A stretch of 64,000 bases of DNA from an uncultured Actinomyces sp. (GTDB lineage Bacteria; Actinomycetota; Actinomycetes; S36-B12): contig CAZICY010000001.1 in the NCBI GenBank assembly GCA_964537955.1, positions 54,023 to 118,022 of the forward strand. Reading direction: 5' to 3'. The notes under the pieces are model-generated. The model ran no database searches and was not told where the DNA came from. It worked only from the letters and a program-made list of their open reading frames with translations. Within the stretch, counting starts at the first letter, position 1. The number at the start of each line of letters is the position of its first letter. Of this stretch, positions 1 through 10,220 are shown piece by piece. The translations under genes were made by a program, and so were the position numbers.

Positions 1-78
1 CCAGGGGCACCCGCCCGGTGAGCGCAGGCGGTCCATGACGGCGACGAGTTCGCTCACCCCGTCGCCCGGCTCCGGCAT
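1..78 (-). CDS. mazG: MazG nucleoside triphosphate pyrophosphohydrolase, first 26 codons only (gene runs off the window start)
   Basis: Not in the ORF track because it is truncated. The minus-strand ATG at 78 reads MPEPGDGVSELVAVMDRLRSPGGCPW. LRxPxGCPW(D) is the MazG N-terminal signature, and the position downstream of mfd fits. Confidence 0.6.
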   Translation of the reverse strand, partial: MPEPGDGVSELVAVMDRLRSPGGCPW

Positions 79-87
79 GGCGAGAGC

Positions 88-717
88 CTAGGGAGCCGGG
101 AGGATGCCTGCGAGCGGATCCTCCACCTGCACCGTTGTCGACAGGTCGCTGGGCAGCGGGCCCACCGTGAGGGTCGCCGGGTCCCAGGTGCCGAAGCGAG
201 GGCTGACCGAGATCCCCTCCTGCAGGCCGAAGCCGGTGACGTACTGCGAGACCGCCTGCTGCTGTCCTTCGGCGTCGGCGTCCGGCACGAGCGCGGCACC
301 GAGCTTTTGCACCTGGACCGAGAGCTGCACCTGCTGCTCGATGCTCTGCGCGGGGACATTGCTGTCGAGGTACGCCTGCTGCAGCGCCTCGGGACCGCCG
401 AGCTGGGCCTCGAAGTTCGCAATGGTCGCGTCGATCTCGCCGCGCGTGACGGTGATGCCCTGTGCTGCTGCGGCCTGGGAGACGAGCTCGGTGATGACCA
501 GCCGCTGCAGCACGCCCAGGGTGAGCGCGAGGTCAGGCGAGCCGGCGGGGACGCCGCGCTGGGACTGGACCGCCTCGGTCTGGGACGCCAGCGTCTCCGT
601 CGAGATGTGCACGTCGCCGACGGTCGCGGCCGATCCCGCGTCGCCCAGGCTCGCGCAGCCGGTCAGCGCCAGGCTGGCCGCCAGCGCCACGATCCCTCGC
701 CGCACCATCGTGGTCAC
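88..717 (-). CDS. SurA N-terminal-domain-like lipoprotein (putative extracytoplasmic chaperone)
   Basis: Track ORF 88..834. It has a signal peptide with lipobox LALTGC. GTG 717 is preceded by GGGAG; ATG 708 is an alternative start. Confidence 0.65.
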   Translation of the reverse strand: MTTMVRRGIVALAASLALTGCASLGDAGSAATVGDVHISTETLASQTEAVQSQRGVPAGSPDLALTLGVLQRLVITELVSQAAAAQGITVTRGEIDATIANFEAQLGGPEALQQAYLDSNVPAQSIEQQVQLSVQVQKLGAALVPDADAEGQQQAVSQYVTGFGLQEGISVSPRFGTWDPATLTVGPLPSDLSTTVQVEDPLAGILPAP

Positions 718-763
718 GATGCTCCCGCTCCCTCGCACTGGCCCACTTCTCGTGTCTGGTGTC

Positions 764-3700
764 TCATGCCGCGCCCTCCGGCGGGTCCAGGATGTCCAGC
801 ACCCCTCGGACCCACTCCACCCACTCGGTGTCACTGGTCGACCCCGCGGGCGGACGCGGCACCAGGATCGTACGGACCGCGGGCTTCATGAGCGTCCCCG
901 GGTGCAGTCGTGTGAGGCGCAGCTGCCGGGACTCGGGCAGGTCCACCGGGTGGAAGCGCACCCGCGGGCCCGCCAGCACGATCTCCCCCACACCCGCGTC
1001 CCGGGCTCGCACGCGCAGGCGCGCGACGGCCAGCAGGGTCTCGACCGGGGTGGGCGGGGAGCCGTAGCGGTCGACGAGCTCCTCGGCGACGGCATCGACG
1101 TCCGCCTCGCTCACAGCAGCGGCGATGCCACGGTAGGCCTCGAGGCGAAGCCTCTCCTCGGGCACGTAGTCGTGCGGGATGTGCGCATCGAAGGGGAGTT
1201 CGATCCTCACGTCCAGCAGGGCGACGTCTGAATCCCCGCGGGCCCGCGCCAGCGCCTCCCCCACGAGCCGCACATAGAGATCGAATCCCACTTCTGCGAT
1301 GTGACCGCTCTGCTCACCGCCCAGCAGATTGCCCGACCCCCGGATCTCGAGGTCCTTCAGCGCGATCTGCATCCCCGACCCCAGGTCGGAATGCTGCGCG
1401 ATGGTGGTGAGGCGCTCGTAGGCGGTCTCCGTCAGCGGGCGCTCCGGCGGGTAGAGCAGGTAGGCGTATCCGCGTTCCCGTCCTCGGCCGACGCGACCGC
1501 GCAGCTGGTGCAGTTGGGACAGGCCCAGCGCATCGGCCCTGTCGACGATGAGCGTGTTGGCATTGGGGATGTCGATGCCGTTCTCCACGATCGTCGTGGC
1601 CACGAGCACGTCGATGCGTCGCTCCCAGAAGTCCAGGACGATGCGCTCCAGCTCGTGCTCGTTCATCTGGCCGTGGGCCACGGCGATGCGCGCCTCGGGA
1701 ACGAGGTCGCGAAGGCGCCCCGCGACGCGATCGATCGACTCCACGCGATTGTGGATGAAGAAGACCTGCCCGTCGCGGATGAGCTCGCGGTGGATCGCAG
1801 CGGCGACCTGCCGGTCGTCGAAGGGCCCGACGTAGGTCAGCACGGGATGGCGTTCCTCCGGAGGCGTCTGGATCGTCGACATCTCCCGGATGCCCGTAAG
1901 CGACATCTCGAGGGTGCGAGGGATGGGCGTCGCCGACATGGTGAGGACGTCCACGGATGCCCGCAGCGCCTTGATGTGCTCCTTGTGCTCGACACCGAAG
2001 CGCTGCTCCTCGTCGACGATGAGGAGCCCGAGGTCCTTGAAGCGCACCTGGGGCGTGAGCATGCGGTGGGTGCCGATGACGACGTCGACCGTGCCATCGG
2101 CCAGGCCCTCGAGGGTGCGCTTGGCCTCCGCATCGGTCTGGAACCGGGAGAGCGCGGCCACCTTCACCGGAAAGGGCGCGTAGCGCTCGGTGAAGGTGCG
2201 GAAGTGCTGCTGGACAAGCAGGGTTGTCGGCACCAGGACCGCCACCTGCCTTCCGTCCTGGACGGCCTTGAAGGCGGCGCGGACGGCGATCTCGGTCTTG
2301 CCGTAGCCCACGTCGCCGCAGATGACGCGATCCATGGGCGTGGGGCGTTCCATGTCCGCCTTGACCTCGTCGATGCTGGCCAGCTGGTCGGGCGTCTCCA
2401 CGAAGGGGAAGGCGTCCTCGAGCTCGCGCTGCCAGGGAGTGTCGGGACCGAAGGCGTGACCCGGTGTCGCCTGCCGCTTGGCATAGAGGCGCACGAGTTC
2501 ATCGGCGATCTCGCGGACCGCGCGACGCGCCCGCGCCTTGGTGCGCTGCCAGTCTGATCCCCCGAGCTTGCTCAGGGACGGCGCCTCGCCTCCGACGTAG
2601 CGCGTCACCTGATCGAGCTGATCCGTCGGGACGTAGAGGCGATCCGGAGGCTGGCCACGCCGGGATGCGGCGTACTCGATGACGAGGTACTCACGGGTGG
2701 CATCGGCCACGGTGCGCTGGACCATCTCGACGTAGCGCCCGACACCGTGCTGCTCATGAACGACGAGGTCGCCCGCGGCGAGCTGCAGGGGATCGATGGT
2801 CCGACGGCGCCGAGAGGGCATGCGGGCGGCATCGCGGACAGGTGACCGCTGGCCGAAGAGGTCACCCTCGGTCACGACGACGACGCGGCCGCCCGCGGAG
2901 GCGAAGCCGCCCTGCCAGCGCGCCGCAGCGACGATGACATCGCCACCGGGGGGGTCGGCCTCGGGCACTTCCTCGCGCCAACTCGCCGGGATCCCCTCGT
3001 CGCGCAGGGAGGTCGCGAGGCGCTCGGCTGACCCGGGGCCCTCGGCGAGGAGGAGGACCCGGTCCCCCGCGTCGCGCCACGCACGGATGTCGTCGAGCAC
3101 CTCGCCGAGATTGCCGCGCCGGTCGGGCAGGGGGCTCGCCTCAACCGCGAGGTCATCGCCCTCCTGCGCGAAGGGGTCGGTCGTCCACACCGGACCGCGG
3201 GCGCGCGCAGCGGACTCGACATCCGCGACCGAGCGGTACGCCGCTGCGGACAGGTCGAGCCCCTCGACGTCGAGCGGGGTGGCAGCGCCCGCGGTGGCGC
3301 TATGCCACGAAGCCTCGAGGAACTCCTGCGACGTGCGCACGAGGTCCTCCGCGCGCGACCGGATGCGCTCGGGATCACAGAGGAGGACGAGGGACCCCTG
3401 CGGCAGGAGGTCCACGATCAACTCCATGCGATCCGCGAGGACGGGGGCGAAGGCCTCCATGCCGTCGACGACCATCCCCTCCGCGACGCGATCCAGGACA
3501 TCCGCAGCCTGCGGATGCGCCCGGGCCAGGTCGCGGGCCCGCGCCCGCACCTGCGAAGTGAGCAGGAGCTCACGCGCCGGATGCAGCTCCACGCGACCCG
3601 CGTGGTGGCGCGATCGCTGGTCCGCCACCGAGAAGTCGCGGATCTCCTCGATCGTGTCGCCCCAGAGTTCGATGCGGACCGGATGCTCCGCCGTCGTCGG

Positions 3701-4270
3701 GAAGACGTCGATGATCCCGCCGCGCACGGCGAACTGACCGCGGCGCTCGACGAGGTCGACACGCGAGTAGCCCCGCAGCACGAGATCGGCCACGACTGAG
3801 TCGACGTCGATGTCGGCGCCCTCGTCCAGCACCAGGGGGTCGAGGTCCGCAAGTCCGCCGACCAGCGGCTGGAGGACCGACCGCACGGGGGCGCAGACCA
3901 CGCGAAGGGGGTCGCCCGGCGCAGGATGCACGATCCGTCGCAGGAGGCAGACGCGGCCGCCCGCGGTGTCCGCCGCCGGGCTCAGGCGCTCATGCGGGAG
4001 CGTCTCCCAGGAGGCAAAGACCGCCGCGCTCGCCGCACCCAGCTGGTCCTCGACCGCGTCTGCGATCTCCTCGGCCTCCCGGGCGGTGGCCGTGACGACC
4101 AGGATCCTGCGTTCGTCGGGCGCCTCGGCGGCGATCGCACCGACGAACGCGGGTCTGGCCTCGGGGATCGCCGTGACATGGACGCCGTCGACGCCGCGCA
4201 CGGCATGCGCGACCGCCTCGGCGATGCCGGGGATGCCGCTGAGAGCCTGCGCGAGGCCGGGAAGCGTCAC
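764..4270 (-). CDS. mfd: transcription-repair coupling factor Mfd
   Basis: Track ORF 764..4444. SF2 helicase motifs GDVGYGKTE and LIVDEEQRFG plus Mfd length and architecture. The start is moved to GTG 4270 (VTLPGLAQ), which overlaps the upstream TGA as GTGA. Confidence 0.93.
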   Translation of the reverse strand: MTLPGLAQALSGIPGIAEAVAHAVRGVDGVHVTAIPEARPAFVGAIAAEAPDERRILVVTATAREAEEIADAVEDQLGAASAAVFASWETLPHERLSPAADTAGGRVCLLRRIVHPAPGDPLRVVCAPVRSVLQPLVGGLADLDPLVLDEGADIDVDSVVADLVLRGYSRVDLVERRGQFAVRGGIIDVFPTTAEHPVRIELWGDTIEEIRDFSVADQRSRHHAGRVELHPARELLLTSQVRARARDLARAHPQAADVLDRVAEGMVVDGMEAFAPVLADRMELIVDLLPQGSLVLLCDPERIRSRAEDLVRTSQEFLEASWHSATAGAATPLDVEGLDLSAAAYRSVADVESAARARGPVWTTDPFAQEGDDLAVEASPLPDRRGNLGEVLDDIRAWRDAGDRVLLLAEGPGSAERLATSLRDEGIPASWREEVPEADPPGGDVIVAAARWQGGFASAGGRVVVVTEGDLFGQRSPVRDAARMPSRRRRTIDPLQLAAGDLVVHEQHGVGRYVEMVQRTVADATREYLVIEYAASRRGQPPDRLYVPTDQLDQVTRYVGGEAPSLSKLGGSDWQRTKARARRAVREIADELVRLYAKRQATPGHAFGPDTPWQRELEDAFPFVETPDQLASIDEVKADMERPTPMDRVICGDVGYGKTEIAVRAAFKAVQDGRQVAVLVPTTLLVQQHFRTFTERYAPFPVKVAALSRFQTDAEAKRTLEGLADGTVDVVIGTHRMLTPQVRFKDLGLLIVDEEQRFGVEHKEHIKALRASVDVLTMSATPIPRTLEMSLTGIREMSTIQTPPEERHPVLTYVGPFDDRQVAAAIHRELIRDGQVFFIHNRVESIDRVAGRLRDLVPEARIAVAHGQMNEHELERIVLDFWERRIDVLVATTIVENGIDIPNANTLIVDRADALGLSQLHQLRGRVGRGRERGYAYLLYPPERPLTETAYERLTTIAQHSDLGSGMQIALKDLEIRGSGNLLGGEQSGHIAEVGFDLYVRLVGEALARARGDSDVALLDVRIELPFDAHIPHDYVPEERLRLEAYRGIAAAVSEADVDAVAEELVDRYGSPPTPVETLLAVARLRVRARDAGVGEIVLAGPRVRFHPVDLPESRQLRLTRLHPGTLMKPAVRTILVPRPPAGSTSDTEWVEWVRGVLDILDPPEGAA

Positions 4271-5106
4271 GCTCCGGACGCGCGCAGCATCCCTGCGCGC
4301 AGCTGCTCGGCGAAGGCAGGGAGGCCGACGAGGAGATCCGTGACGTAGGGGCGCTCGCGGTTGAAGCTCACCGGGCTGCCGTCGACATGGGATGCAGTGA
4401 GGCCGTGGGCGTGAGCCACCGCCAGCGGCGCGGCGACGTCCCACTCGTAGAAGCCGGTGTCGTGGACGTACGCCTCGGCGCGACCGGAGAGGATCTCGTT
4501 GACCTTGGCGCCGACGGAGCCCACGTCGATCACCTCGACGCCGTGCGGATGCCCCTGCTCGCGCAGGCTCGCGTCGAGGGCCGCGACCACGTCGGCGAGG
4601 ACTGCCGGCGGGCGGGTGCGGGAGGCCACGATGCGCACAGGTCGATCCTGGGGGAGGGCGCGCGCGGGCACGGGCACGTCATCCGAGCGGCGCGCGAGCC
4701 CCTGCGCGGGCAGGTCCACCGTGCCGGCGCTCAGCCGGCCGCCCCCGGGCGCTGCAGGATCCGCGTGCCACAGGACGACGTGCACGGCGAAGTCGACACG
4801 ACCCTGGCCGTACTCCCAGGTGCCATCGAGGGGATCCACGATCCACACGCGCTCGGCCCCCAGCCGCGCCAGGTCGTCGGCTCCCTCCTCGCTGAGGACG
4901 CAATCGCCCGGGCGCGCCTGCGCGAGCCGGGCGACGATGAGCTCGTGGGACGAGGCGTCCGCCTGCTTGCGCAGCGCGTCGGCCCTGTCCTTGTCTTCCA
5001 CGGGACCGAAGCCGTCGCGCAGTTCGAGCAGCAGCCGGCCTGCTTCGGCTGCCACGCTCGCGGAGACCTCCATGTCGGTCGCATCGGCGAGGGAAGTGAG
5101 GGTCAT
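4267..5106 (-). CDS. inositol monophosphatase family protein, CysQ-like 3'(2'),5'-bisphosphate nucleotidase
   Basis: Track ORF 4267..5142. WIVDPLDGTWEY metal-binding motif. ATG 5106 is preceded by GAAGGG; TTG 5142 is an alternative start. Confidence 0.7.
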   Translation of the reverse strand: MTLTSLADATDMEVSASVAAEAGRLLLELRDGFGPVEDKDRADALRKQADASSHELIVARLAQARPGDCVLSEEGADDLARLGAERVWIVDPLDGTWEYGQGRVDFAVHVVLWHADPAAPGGGRLSAGTVDLPAQGLARRSDDVPVPARALPQDRPVRIVASRTRPPAVLADVVAALDASLREQGHPHGVEVIDVGSVGAKVNEILSGRAEAYVHDTGFYEWDVAAPLAVAHAHGLTASHVDGSPVSFNRERPYVTDLLVGLPAFAEQLRAGMLRASGA

Positions 5107-5168
5107 GGCGTGCCCTTCGGACGAGTCGGATGTGAGGGACAAGGCGGCGTCGTGAGCCGGGACCGAGC

Positions 5169-5741
5169 CTATTCGGCGTTGAACCTATTCTGCGCCACGG
5201 CGACGCCATCCGAGATGACGCATTCGATGGCGTCATCGGCGCGGTCGATGAGCAGCGCGAGGTCGTCGCGCTGGGCGGCGGCGAAGGGCTTCAGGACGTA
5301 GTCCGCCGGATCCTGCCTGCCCGGCGGCCGCCCGATGCCCACCCGGATGCGGATGGTGTCGCCGGTGCCCAGGACCCTGCGGATGCTGCGCAGGCCGTTG
5401 TGGCCGCCGTCGCCACCGCCATGCTTCACGCGAAGGACGCCGAAGGGGATGTCGAGCTCGTCATGGACGATCACCGTGCGGTCGACAGGCACGCGGAAGT
5501 GGTCCGCCAGGGCCTTCACCGGGCCACCTGACTCGTTCATGTAGGAGCGGCCGCGCGCAAGGACGACTCGATGGCCCTGCCAGCGCGTGTCGAGCACGTC
5601 GCACCGGGTGTAGCGGTCGGACTTCAGTCGGCCGCCCCACCTGTGCGCGAGCTCCTCGACGGCCATGGCGCCGACGTTGTGTCGCGTGCGGGCGTACTCA
5701 GGGCCCGGATTGCCCAGGCCGATGACAAGCCAGGCCGGCAT
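5169..5741 (-). CDS. pth: peptidyl-tRNA hydrolase
   Basis: N-terminus WLVIGLGNPGPEYARTRHNVG is the canonical Pth signature. Confidence 0.93.
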   Translation of the reverse strand: MPAWLVIGLGNPGPEYARTRHNVGAMAVEELAHRWGGRLKSDRYTRCDVLDTRWQGHRVVLARGRSYMNESGGPVKALADHFRVPVDRTVIVHDELDIPFGVLRVKHGGGDGGHNGLRSIRRVLGTGDTIRIRVGIGRPPGRQDPADYVLKPFAAAQRDDLALLIDRADDAIECVISDGVAVAQNRFNAE

Positions 5742-5782
5742 GGCGTCGCCTCCGTCATCCCCGCGAGAGCGGCGGAAGATGC

Positions 5783-6262
5783 TCAGGATTCGTCGCTCGA
5801 GCCCTCGCTCGAGCCCTCGCCCGAGGAGTCGCTCGCGCCCTCGCCCGAATCGCCACTAGCAGCGGACTCGGACTCCTCGGCCGGCCCCTTGGGGGCAGGA
5901 GCCGATGCGGCGGCCTCAGCAGCGGCGGCCGCCTCGGCGACGAGGACCTCCGCCTCGGCGGCGCGCTCACGCGCTTCCGCGGCGGTCACGATGATGAGAT
6001 CGACGTGCTCGATCGTGCGCTTGACCGGGTCGCGCTGCACGTCGCGCGGCTTGGCCAGGGTGGTCGCGGAACCCTGGACGATCTCGAGCGTCACCTTCGG
6101 CTTGCGCAGTGCCTGCTCGAGGTCATGCCCGGGAAGGGACAGGTGCACGAGCTCGGTGCCGCTGCCGTAGAGGACGACGGGGATGCGACCTGACCGGCGC
6201 AGCTTGCGCGCGGCACCCTTGCCGAAGTCGGAGCGGGGCTCGGCCTCCAGGCGGATGTTCAC
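5783..6262 (-). CDS. rplY: 50S ribosomal protein L25/Ctc
   Basis: Track ORF 5783..6346. RKLRRSGRIPVVLYG motif with an acidic Ala/Glu-rich tail. GTG 6262 is preceded by GAGGAGG. Confidence 0.88.
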   Translation of the reverse strand: MNIRLEAEPRSDFGKGAARKLRRSGRIPVVLYGSGTELVHLSLPGHDLEQALRKPKVTLEIVQGSATTLAKPRDVQRDPVKRTIEHVDLIIVTAAEARERAAEAEVLVAEAAAAAEAAASAPAPKGPAEESESAASGDSGEGASDSSGEGSSEGSSDES

Positions 6263-6430
6263 GATCGATCCTCCTCGTCCACCGTCGGAGACGTCCTCCG
6301 AGCGGAGCAGCCACGGCGCGGTGCGGCCAGCGGCCACGTCGATCACGGTGCTATGCGCACCCTCGCCGAGGAGCGGCCCGACTCTAGCCGAGGCCTGACC
6401 GGGCCCCGCGACCGGGCCCCGAGCCCGCCG

Positions 6431-7426
6431 TCAGGGGGAGACCGGGACGCGCTCGGGCGTCTCGAACATCCGCGTCACCGAGCCGTCCGTGAAGACCTCG
6501 TAGATCGCCTGGGCGAGCAGCGGCGCGATGGACAGGATCGTGAGCTTGTCGAACTGGCGCTCGGGAGGGATCGGCAGGGTGTTGGTGACGACGACCTCGC
6601 TGATGCGCGAGTCCTGAAGCCGCTGCGCAGCCGGCTCGCTGAGGATGCCGTGCGTGGCTGCGACGATGACCTCGGCGGCGCCGTTCTCGAAGAGCGTGTC
6701 CGCCGCCTTCACGATGGTGCCGCCCGTGTCGATCATGTCATCGACAACGATGCAGACTCGATCGCGTACGTCGCCCACGACCTCGAAGACGCGGACCTCG
6801 TTGGGGGTGTCGGGGTCACGACGCTTGTGGATGATGGCCAGCGGAGCGCCGAGGATGTCGGTCCACTTCTCCGCCACGCGCACGCGTCCCGCGTCGGGCG
6901 AGACGACAGTGATGCGGTCGAGGTCGACGCGCGCGGAGATGTGCTCGGCGAGGAGGGGCAGGGCGAACAGATGGTCGACCGGCCCGTCGAAGAAGCCCTG
7001 GATCTGGGACGTGTGCAAGTCCACGGTGATGAGCCGGTCGGCCCCGGCCGCCTTGAACAGATCGGCCATGAGCCGGGCCGAGATGGGCTCGCGGCCGCGG
7101 TGCTTCTTGTCCTGGCGGGCATAGCCGTAGAACGGCGCGATCACCGTGATGCGCTTGGCGGATGCGCGCTTGAGCGCATCGACCATGATGAGCTGCTCCA
7201 TGATCCAGGTGTTGATCGGAGTCGTGTGGCTTTGCATCACGAACGCATCGCACCCGCGGACCGACTCCTTGAAGCGCACGAAGATCTCGCCGTTGGCGAA
7301 CTCGTAGGCGTCGACGGGGCATAGCTCGGTGCCCAGATGCGAGGCGACCTCCTCCCCCAGGTCGGGGTGCGCCCGACCGGTGAGGAGCACGAGCCGCTTG
7401 CTCGGGGGGACGGTCAACTCGCTCAC
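6431..7426 (-). CDS. prs: ribose-phosphate pyrophosphokinase
   Basis: Track ORF 6431..7954 is over-extended. The Prs body shows YARQDKK and [14 protein letters not shown] 7426 overlaps the glmU TGA as GTGA. Confidence 0.92.
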   Translation of the reverse strand: MSELTVPPSKRLVLLTGRAHPDLGEEVASHLGTELCPVDAYEFANGEIFVRFKESVRGCDAFVMQSHTTPINTWIMEQLIMVDALKRASAKRITVIAPFYGYARQDKKHRGREPISARLMADLFKAAGADRLITVDLHTSQIQGFFDGPVDHLFALPLLAEHISARVDLDRITVVSPDAGRVRVAEKWTDILGAPLAIIHKRRDPDTPNEVRVFEVVGDVRDRVCIVVDDMIDTGGTIVKAADTLFENGAAEVIVAATHGILSEPAAQRLQDSRISEVVVTNTLPIPPERQFDKLTILSIAPLLAQAIYEVFTDGSVTRMFETPERVPVSP

Positions 7427-8883
7427 GATGACTCCTCGCTGGTCGGGGGCTGATCGCGGTCTGCGTCGGCGGCACGCGCCGATTCGGTGCCGGGGCGCTT
7501 GCGCTGCACCCATCCGGGAATGTTGCGCTGGCGAGCACGGCCCACGGCCATCGCGCCTGCGGGGACATCCTCGGTGATGACCGAGCCCGCAGCCGTGTAG
7601 GCGCCATCGCCGACGGTCACGGGCGCCACGAGCATCGTGTCGCTGCCGATGCGGGCGTGCCGGCCGATCACGGTGCGGTGCTTGGCCTGCCCGTCGTAGT
7701 TCACGAAGATCGTCGCCGCGCCGACGTTGGTCCCCTCGCCCACTTCGGCGTCGCCGACGTAGGACAGGTGCGGGACCTTCGCGCCCGACCCGAGGCTGGC
7801 GTTCTTCATCTCCACGAAGGCCCCCGCACGAGCGTCCGGTCCCAGGCGTGCGCCGGGTCGCAGATAGGTGAAGGGGCCGACGCTGGCACCGGCCTCGATC
7901 ACCGCGAGCTCTGCCCATGTGTGGATGAGGGTGGCACCCTCTCCCACCTCGCACGACGTCAGCGTCGTTCCGGGCCCGATCCGCGCCCCGGCGGCGACGG
8001 AGGTCGGTCCGAGCAACGACGTCTGCGGGAGGAGCGTGACGTCGGGCGCCAGGTCGACGTCGACGTCGATCCAGGTGGATCCCGGGTCGAGCATCGAGAC
8101 GCCGGCGCGCATCCAGCGGTCGTTGATGCGATCGCGCATGAGTGCGGCAGCCTCTGCGAGCTGAACCCGATCGTTGACCCCGAGGATCTCGTGGGAGTCG
8201 TCTACGACAATCGCGGCGACGCGATCCCCGTCAGCGCGAAGGATGCCCACGGCATCGGTGAGGTACTCCTCGCCCTGGTCGTTGGCCGTGGTGAGCCTGT
8301 CGAGCGCTGGCCCAAGACGGGCCGGGTCGAAGGCATACATCCCCGCGTTGATCTCGTCGATGGCCAGGACCTCGGAGGAGGCATCGCGGTGCTCGACGAT
8401 GGCCTCAACGGACCCGTCCGGCGCCCGCACGATGCGCCCATAGCCGGCAGGATCGCGCAGGATCGCGCTGAGGAGCGTGGCGGCGGCCCCGGTGCGGACG
8501 TGATCGTCGACGAGCATCCGCACCGTGGACCCGGTGAGCAAAGGGGTGTCCCCGCTGAGGACGACGACCGGCGCGGACGTCAGCGGCTGTGCCGACGCCA
8601 GCGCCGCGAGGGCGATCCGCACCGCATGCCCGGTGCCGAGCTGCTCCTCCTGCACGACCGTGTCGACCCACGGCGCGACCTCCTCGAGGTGCGCGAGGAC
8701 CTGGTCGCGCGCGTGGCCGATCACCACCACGACATGCGACGGATCGACGGCAGAGGCAGCCTCAAGCACGTGACCGATGAGCGTGCGGCCAGCAATGGCA
8801 TGGAGCACCTTGGGGGTCGCGGACCGCATGCGCGTGCCTTCACCCGCTGCGAGGACGATGACGATCGGGCCCTGCGACGTCAC
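7423..8883 (-). CDS. glmU: bifunctional GlcNAc-1-P uridyltransferase / GlcN-1-P acetyltransferase GlmU
   Basis: N-terminus [11 protein letters not shown] followed by a C-terminal left-handed beta-helix hexapeptide region. Conserved glmU-prs order. Confidence 0.93.
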   Translation of the reverse strand: MTSQGPIVIVLAAGEGTRMRSATPKVLHAIAGRTLIGHVLEAASAVDPSHVVVVIGHARDQVLAHLEEVAPWVDTVVQEEQLGTGHAVRIALAALASAQPLTSAPVVVLSGDTPLLTGSTVRMLVDDHVRTGAAATLLSAILRDPAGYGRIVRAPDGSVEAIVEHRDASSEVLAIDEINAGMYAFDPARLGPALDRLTTANDQGEEYLTDAVGILRADGDRVAAIVVDDSHEILGVNDRVQLAEAAALMRDRINDRWMRAGVSMLDPGSTWIDVDVDLAPDVTLLPQTSLLGPTSVAAGARIGPGTTLTSCEVGEGATLIHTWAELAVIEAGASVGPFTYLRPGARLGPDARAGAFVEMKNASLGSGAKVPHLSYVGDAEVGEGTNVGAATIFVNYDGQAKHRTVIGRHARIGSDTMLVAPVTVGDGAYTAAGSVITEDVPAGAMAVGRARQRNIPGWVQRKRPGTESARAADADRDQPPTSEESS

Positions 8884-8956
8884 CGCTCACGGACCTCCAC
8901 GAGAAGGGTCGCCCCTGGGGGCAGCCGACGTCGGCACCCTACCCCCCGAGCAGGGG

Positions 8957-9027
8957 CTCCCGGCGAGGGAGTCGAACCCCCATTCAGAGATCCAAAGTCT
9001 CTTGTCCTGCCATTGGACGAGCCGGGA
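8957..9027 (-). tRNA. tRNA-Gln (anticodon UUG)
   Basis: The reverse complement folds as a cloverleaf. Acceptor stem TCCCGGC/GCCGGGA with U1-A72 and discriminator G. Anticodon stem AGAGA/TCTCT with loop CTTTGGA. T-arm GGGGG-TTCGACT-CCCTC. CCA is not encoded. Confidence 0.85.
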
Positions 9028-9092
9028 TGGAGCGCCCTCGCGGGGCTCGCCGAGCAGTCTCCCAGGGTCCGTGGGCGGCCATAGCCCTGGAC

Positions 9093-9137
9093 AGGTTACG
9101 CAACCGTAGGTTACGGTGGCGTAGGTTTATGGCGCGC
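9093..9137. promoter_or_regulatory. three 15-bp direct repeats (AGGTTACG / AGGTTACG / AGGTTTAT cores) with embedded inverted repeats; candidate TetR operator/promoter of the desaturase-tetR operon
   Basis: The AGGTTACG core starts at 9093 and 9108, and AGGTTTAT at 9123. Embedded inverted repeats are GGTTacgcAACC (9094-9105) and CCGTAggtTACGG (9104-9116). The element is locally AT-richer and ends 54 nt upstream of ATG 9192. Confidence 0.4.
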
Positions 9138-9191
9138 CGCCCCATCGACGCGCGCGGTGGCCCGCGGTCGGCAACGAGTCAGGGAGTGGTC

Positions 9192-10190
9192 ATGACGGCA
9201 ACCATCGAGGAGCGCGGCGCATCGGGGCGCCCGGCCACCGAGCCCATGGCGCGGGGCATGCGCACGACCATCGGCTTCTTCGTCGCCGTGCCTCTCATCG
9301 CCGTCGCCCTGGCCGTCCCCGTCGCCTGGGGCGGCTGGCTGGGCTGGACCGACCTGGTCCTCGCCGCGGTCTTCTACGTCATCGCAGCCGCGGGCATCAC
9401 CGTGGGATTCCACCGCCACTTCACCCATGGCTCCTTCAAGGCGCCCACGTGGGTGTCGGTCGCCCTGGCAATCGCCGGCTCCACGGCCGTGCAGGGCTCC
9501 CTCGACCAGTGGGTAGCCGATCATCGCCGCCATCACGCCCGAAGCGACGAGGAGGGCGACCCGCACAGCCCCTGGCGCTACGGCACCTCACGGCGCGCGG
9601 TCGCGAAGGGACTCGTCTTCGCCCACGTGGGCTGGCTCTTCGACGGCCAGCAGACCTCCATCGAGCGCTACGCACCTGATATCCGGGCCAACGCCGCGCT
9701 GCAGCGGGTCTCGCGCTACTTCCCCTGGATCGTCGTCTCCACGATCCTCGCCCCAGCGATCCTCGGCGGCCTCCTCACCTGGTCCTGGCAGGGTGCACTC
9801 ACCGCGCTCTTCTGGGCCGGGCTGCTGCGCATCGCACTCGTGCATCACGTCACCTGGTCGATCAACTCGATCTGCCACGTCTTCGGGCAGCGTCCCTTCC
9901 GCACCCGCGACAACTCCACCAACAATCGCTGGCTGGCACTGCCCTCGCTGGGCGAGTCATGGCACAACCTCCATCACGCCGAGCCCACAGCCGCTCGACA
10001 CGGCGTGCTGCGCGGCCAGGTCGACATCAGCGCCGGGATCATCCGCGCCATGGAGCGCATGCACCTCGCGCGCGATGTCCGCTGGCCTAGCCCTGCGCGC
10101 CTCGCGAACAAGCTCAAGGACCCGGCGCTGCGCCGGCGCATCCGGGGCTGGACCCCCGATGCGGAGCCTGCGACCCCGGCCGCCTCCTAG
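9192..10190 (+). CDS. membrane acyl-CoA (stearoyl-CoA type) fatty acid desaturase
   Basis: Track ORF 9027..10190. Three histidine boxes: HRHFTH, HRRHHARSD and WHNLHHAEP. ATG 9192 is preceded by AGGGAG. Confidence 0.88.
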   Translation: MTATIEERGASGRPATEPMARGMRTTIGFFVAVPLIAVALAVPVAWGGWLGWTDLVLAAVFYVIAAAGITVGFHRHFTHGSFKAPTWVSVALAIAGSTAVQGSLDQWVADHRRHHARSDEEGDPHSPWRYGTSRRAVAKGLVFAHVGWLFDGQQTSIERYAPDIRANAALQRVSRYFPWIVVSTILAPAILGGLLTWSWQGALTALFWAGLLRIALVHHVTWSINSICHVFGQRPFRTRDNSTNNRWLALPSLGESWHNLHHAEPTAARHGVLRGQVDISAGIIRAMERMHLARDVRWPSPARLANKLKDPALRRRIRGWTPDAEPATPAAS

Positions 10191-10220
10191 GCCACGGCGC
10201 CGAGGGATCGGCTTCCCGTC

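Noticed and set aside
6263-6430. The 168-bp gap upstream of rplY, containing a tandem GACCGGGCCCCG x2 (6397-6421) just after the prs stop; considered as a ribosomal-protein leader or terminator
   Set aside because: I could derive no convincing stem-loop or known leader motif. The repeat is short and GC-rich enough to arise by chance.
6431-7954. Long N-terminal extensions of track ORFs, for example prs 507 aa, moeA 545 aa, ispE 388 aa, rsmI 381 aa, tatD 399 aa and read-throughs 18906..20243 and 22676..24241
   Set aside because: The extensions overlap the upstream genes, are Arg/Pro-rich and lack homology-like sequence. Internal GTG or ATG starts coincide with conserved N-termini, SD sequences or 4-nt stop overlaps.
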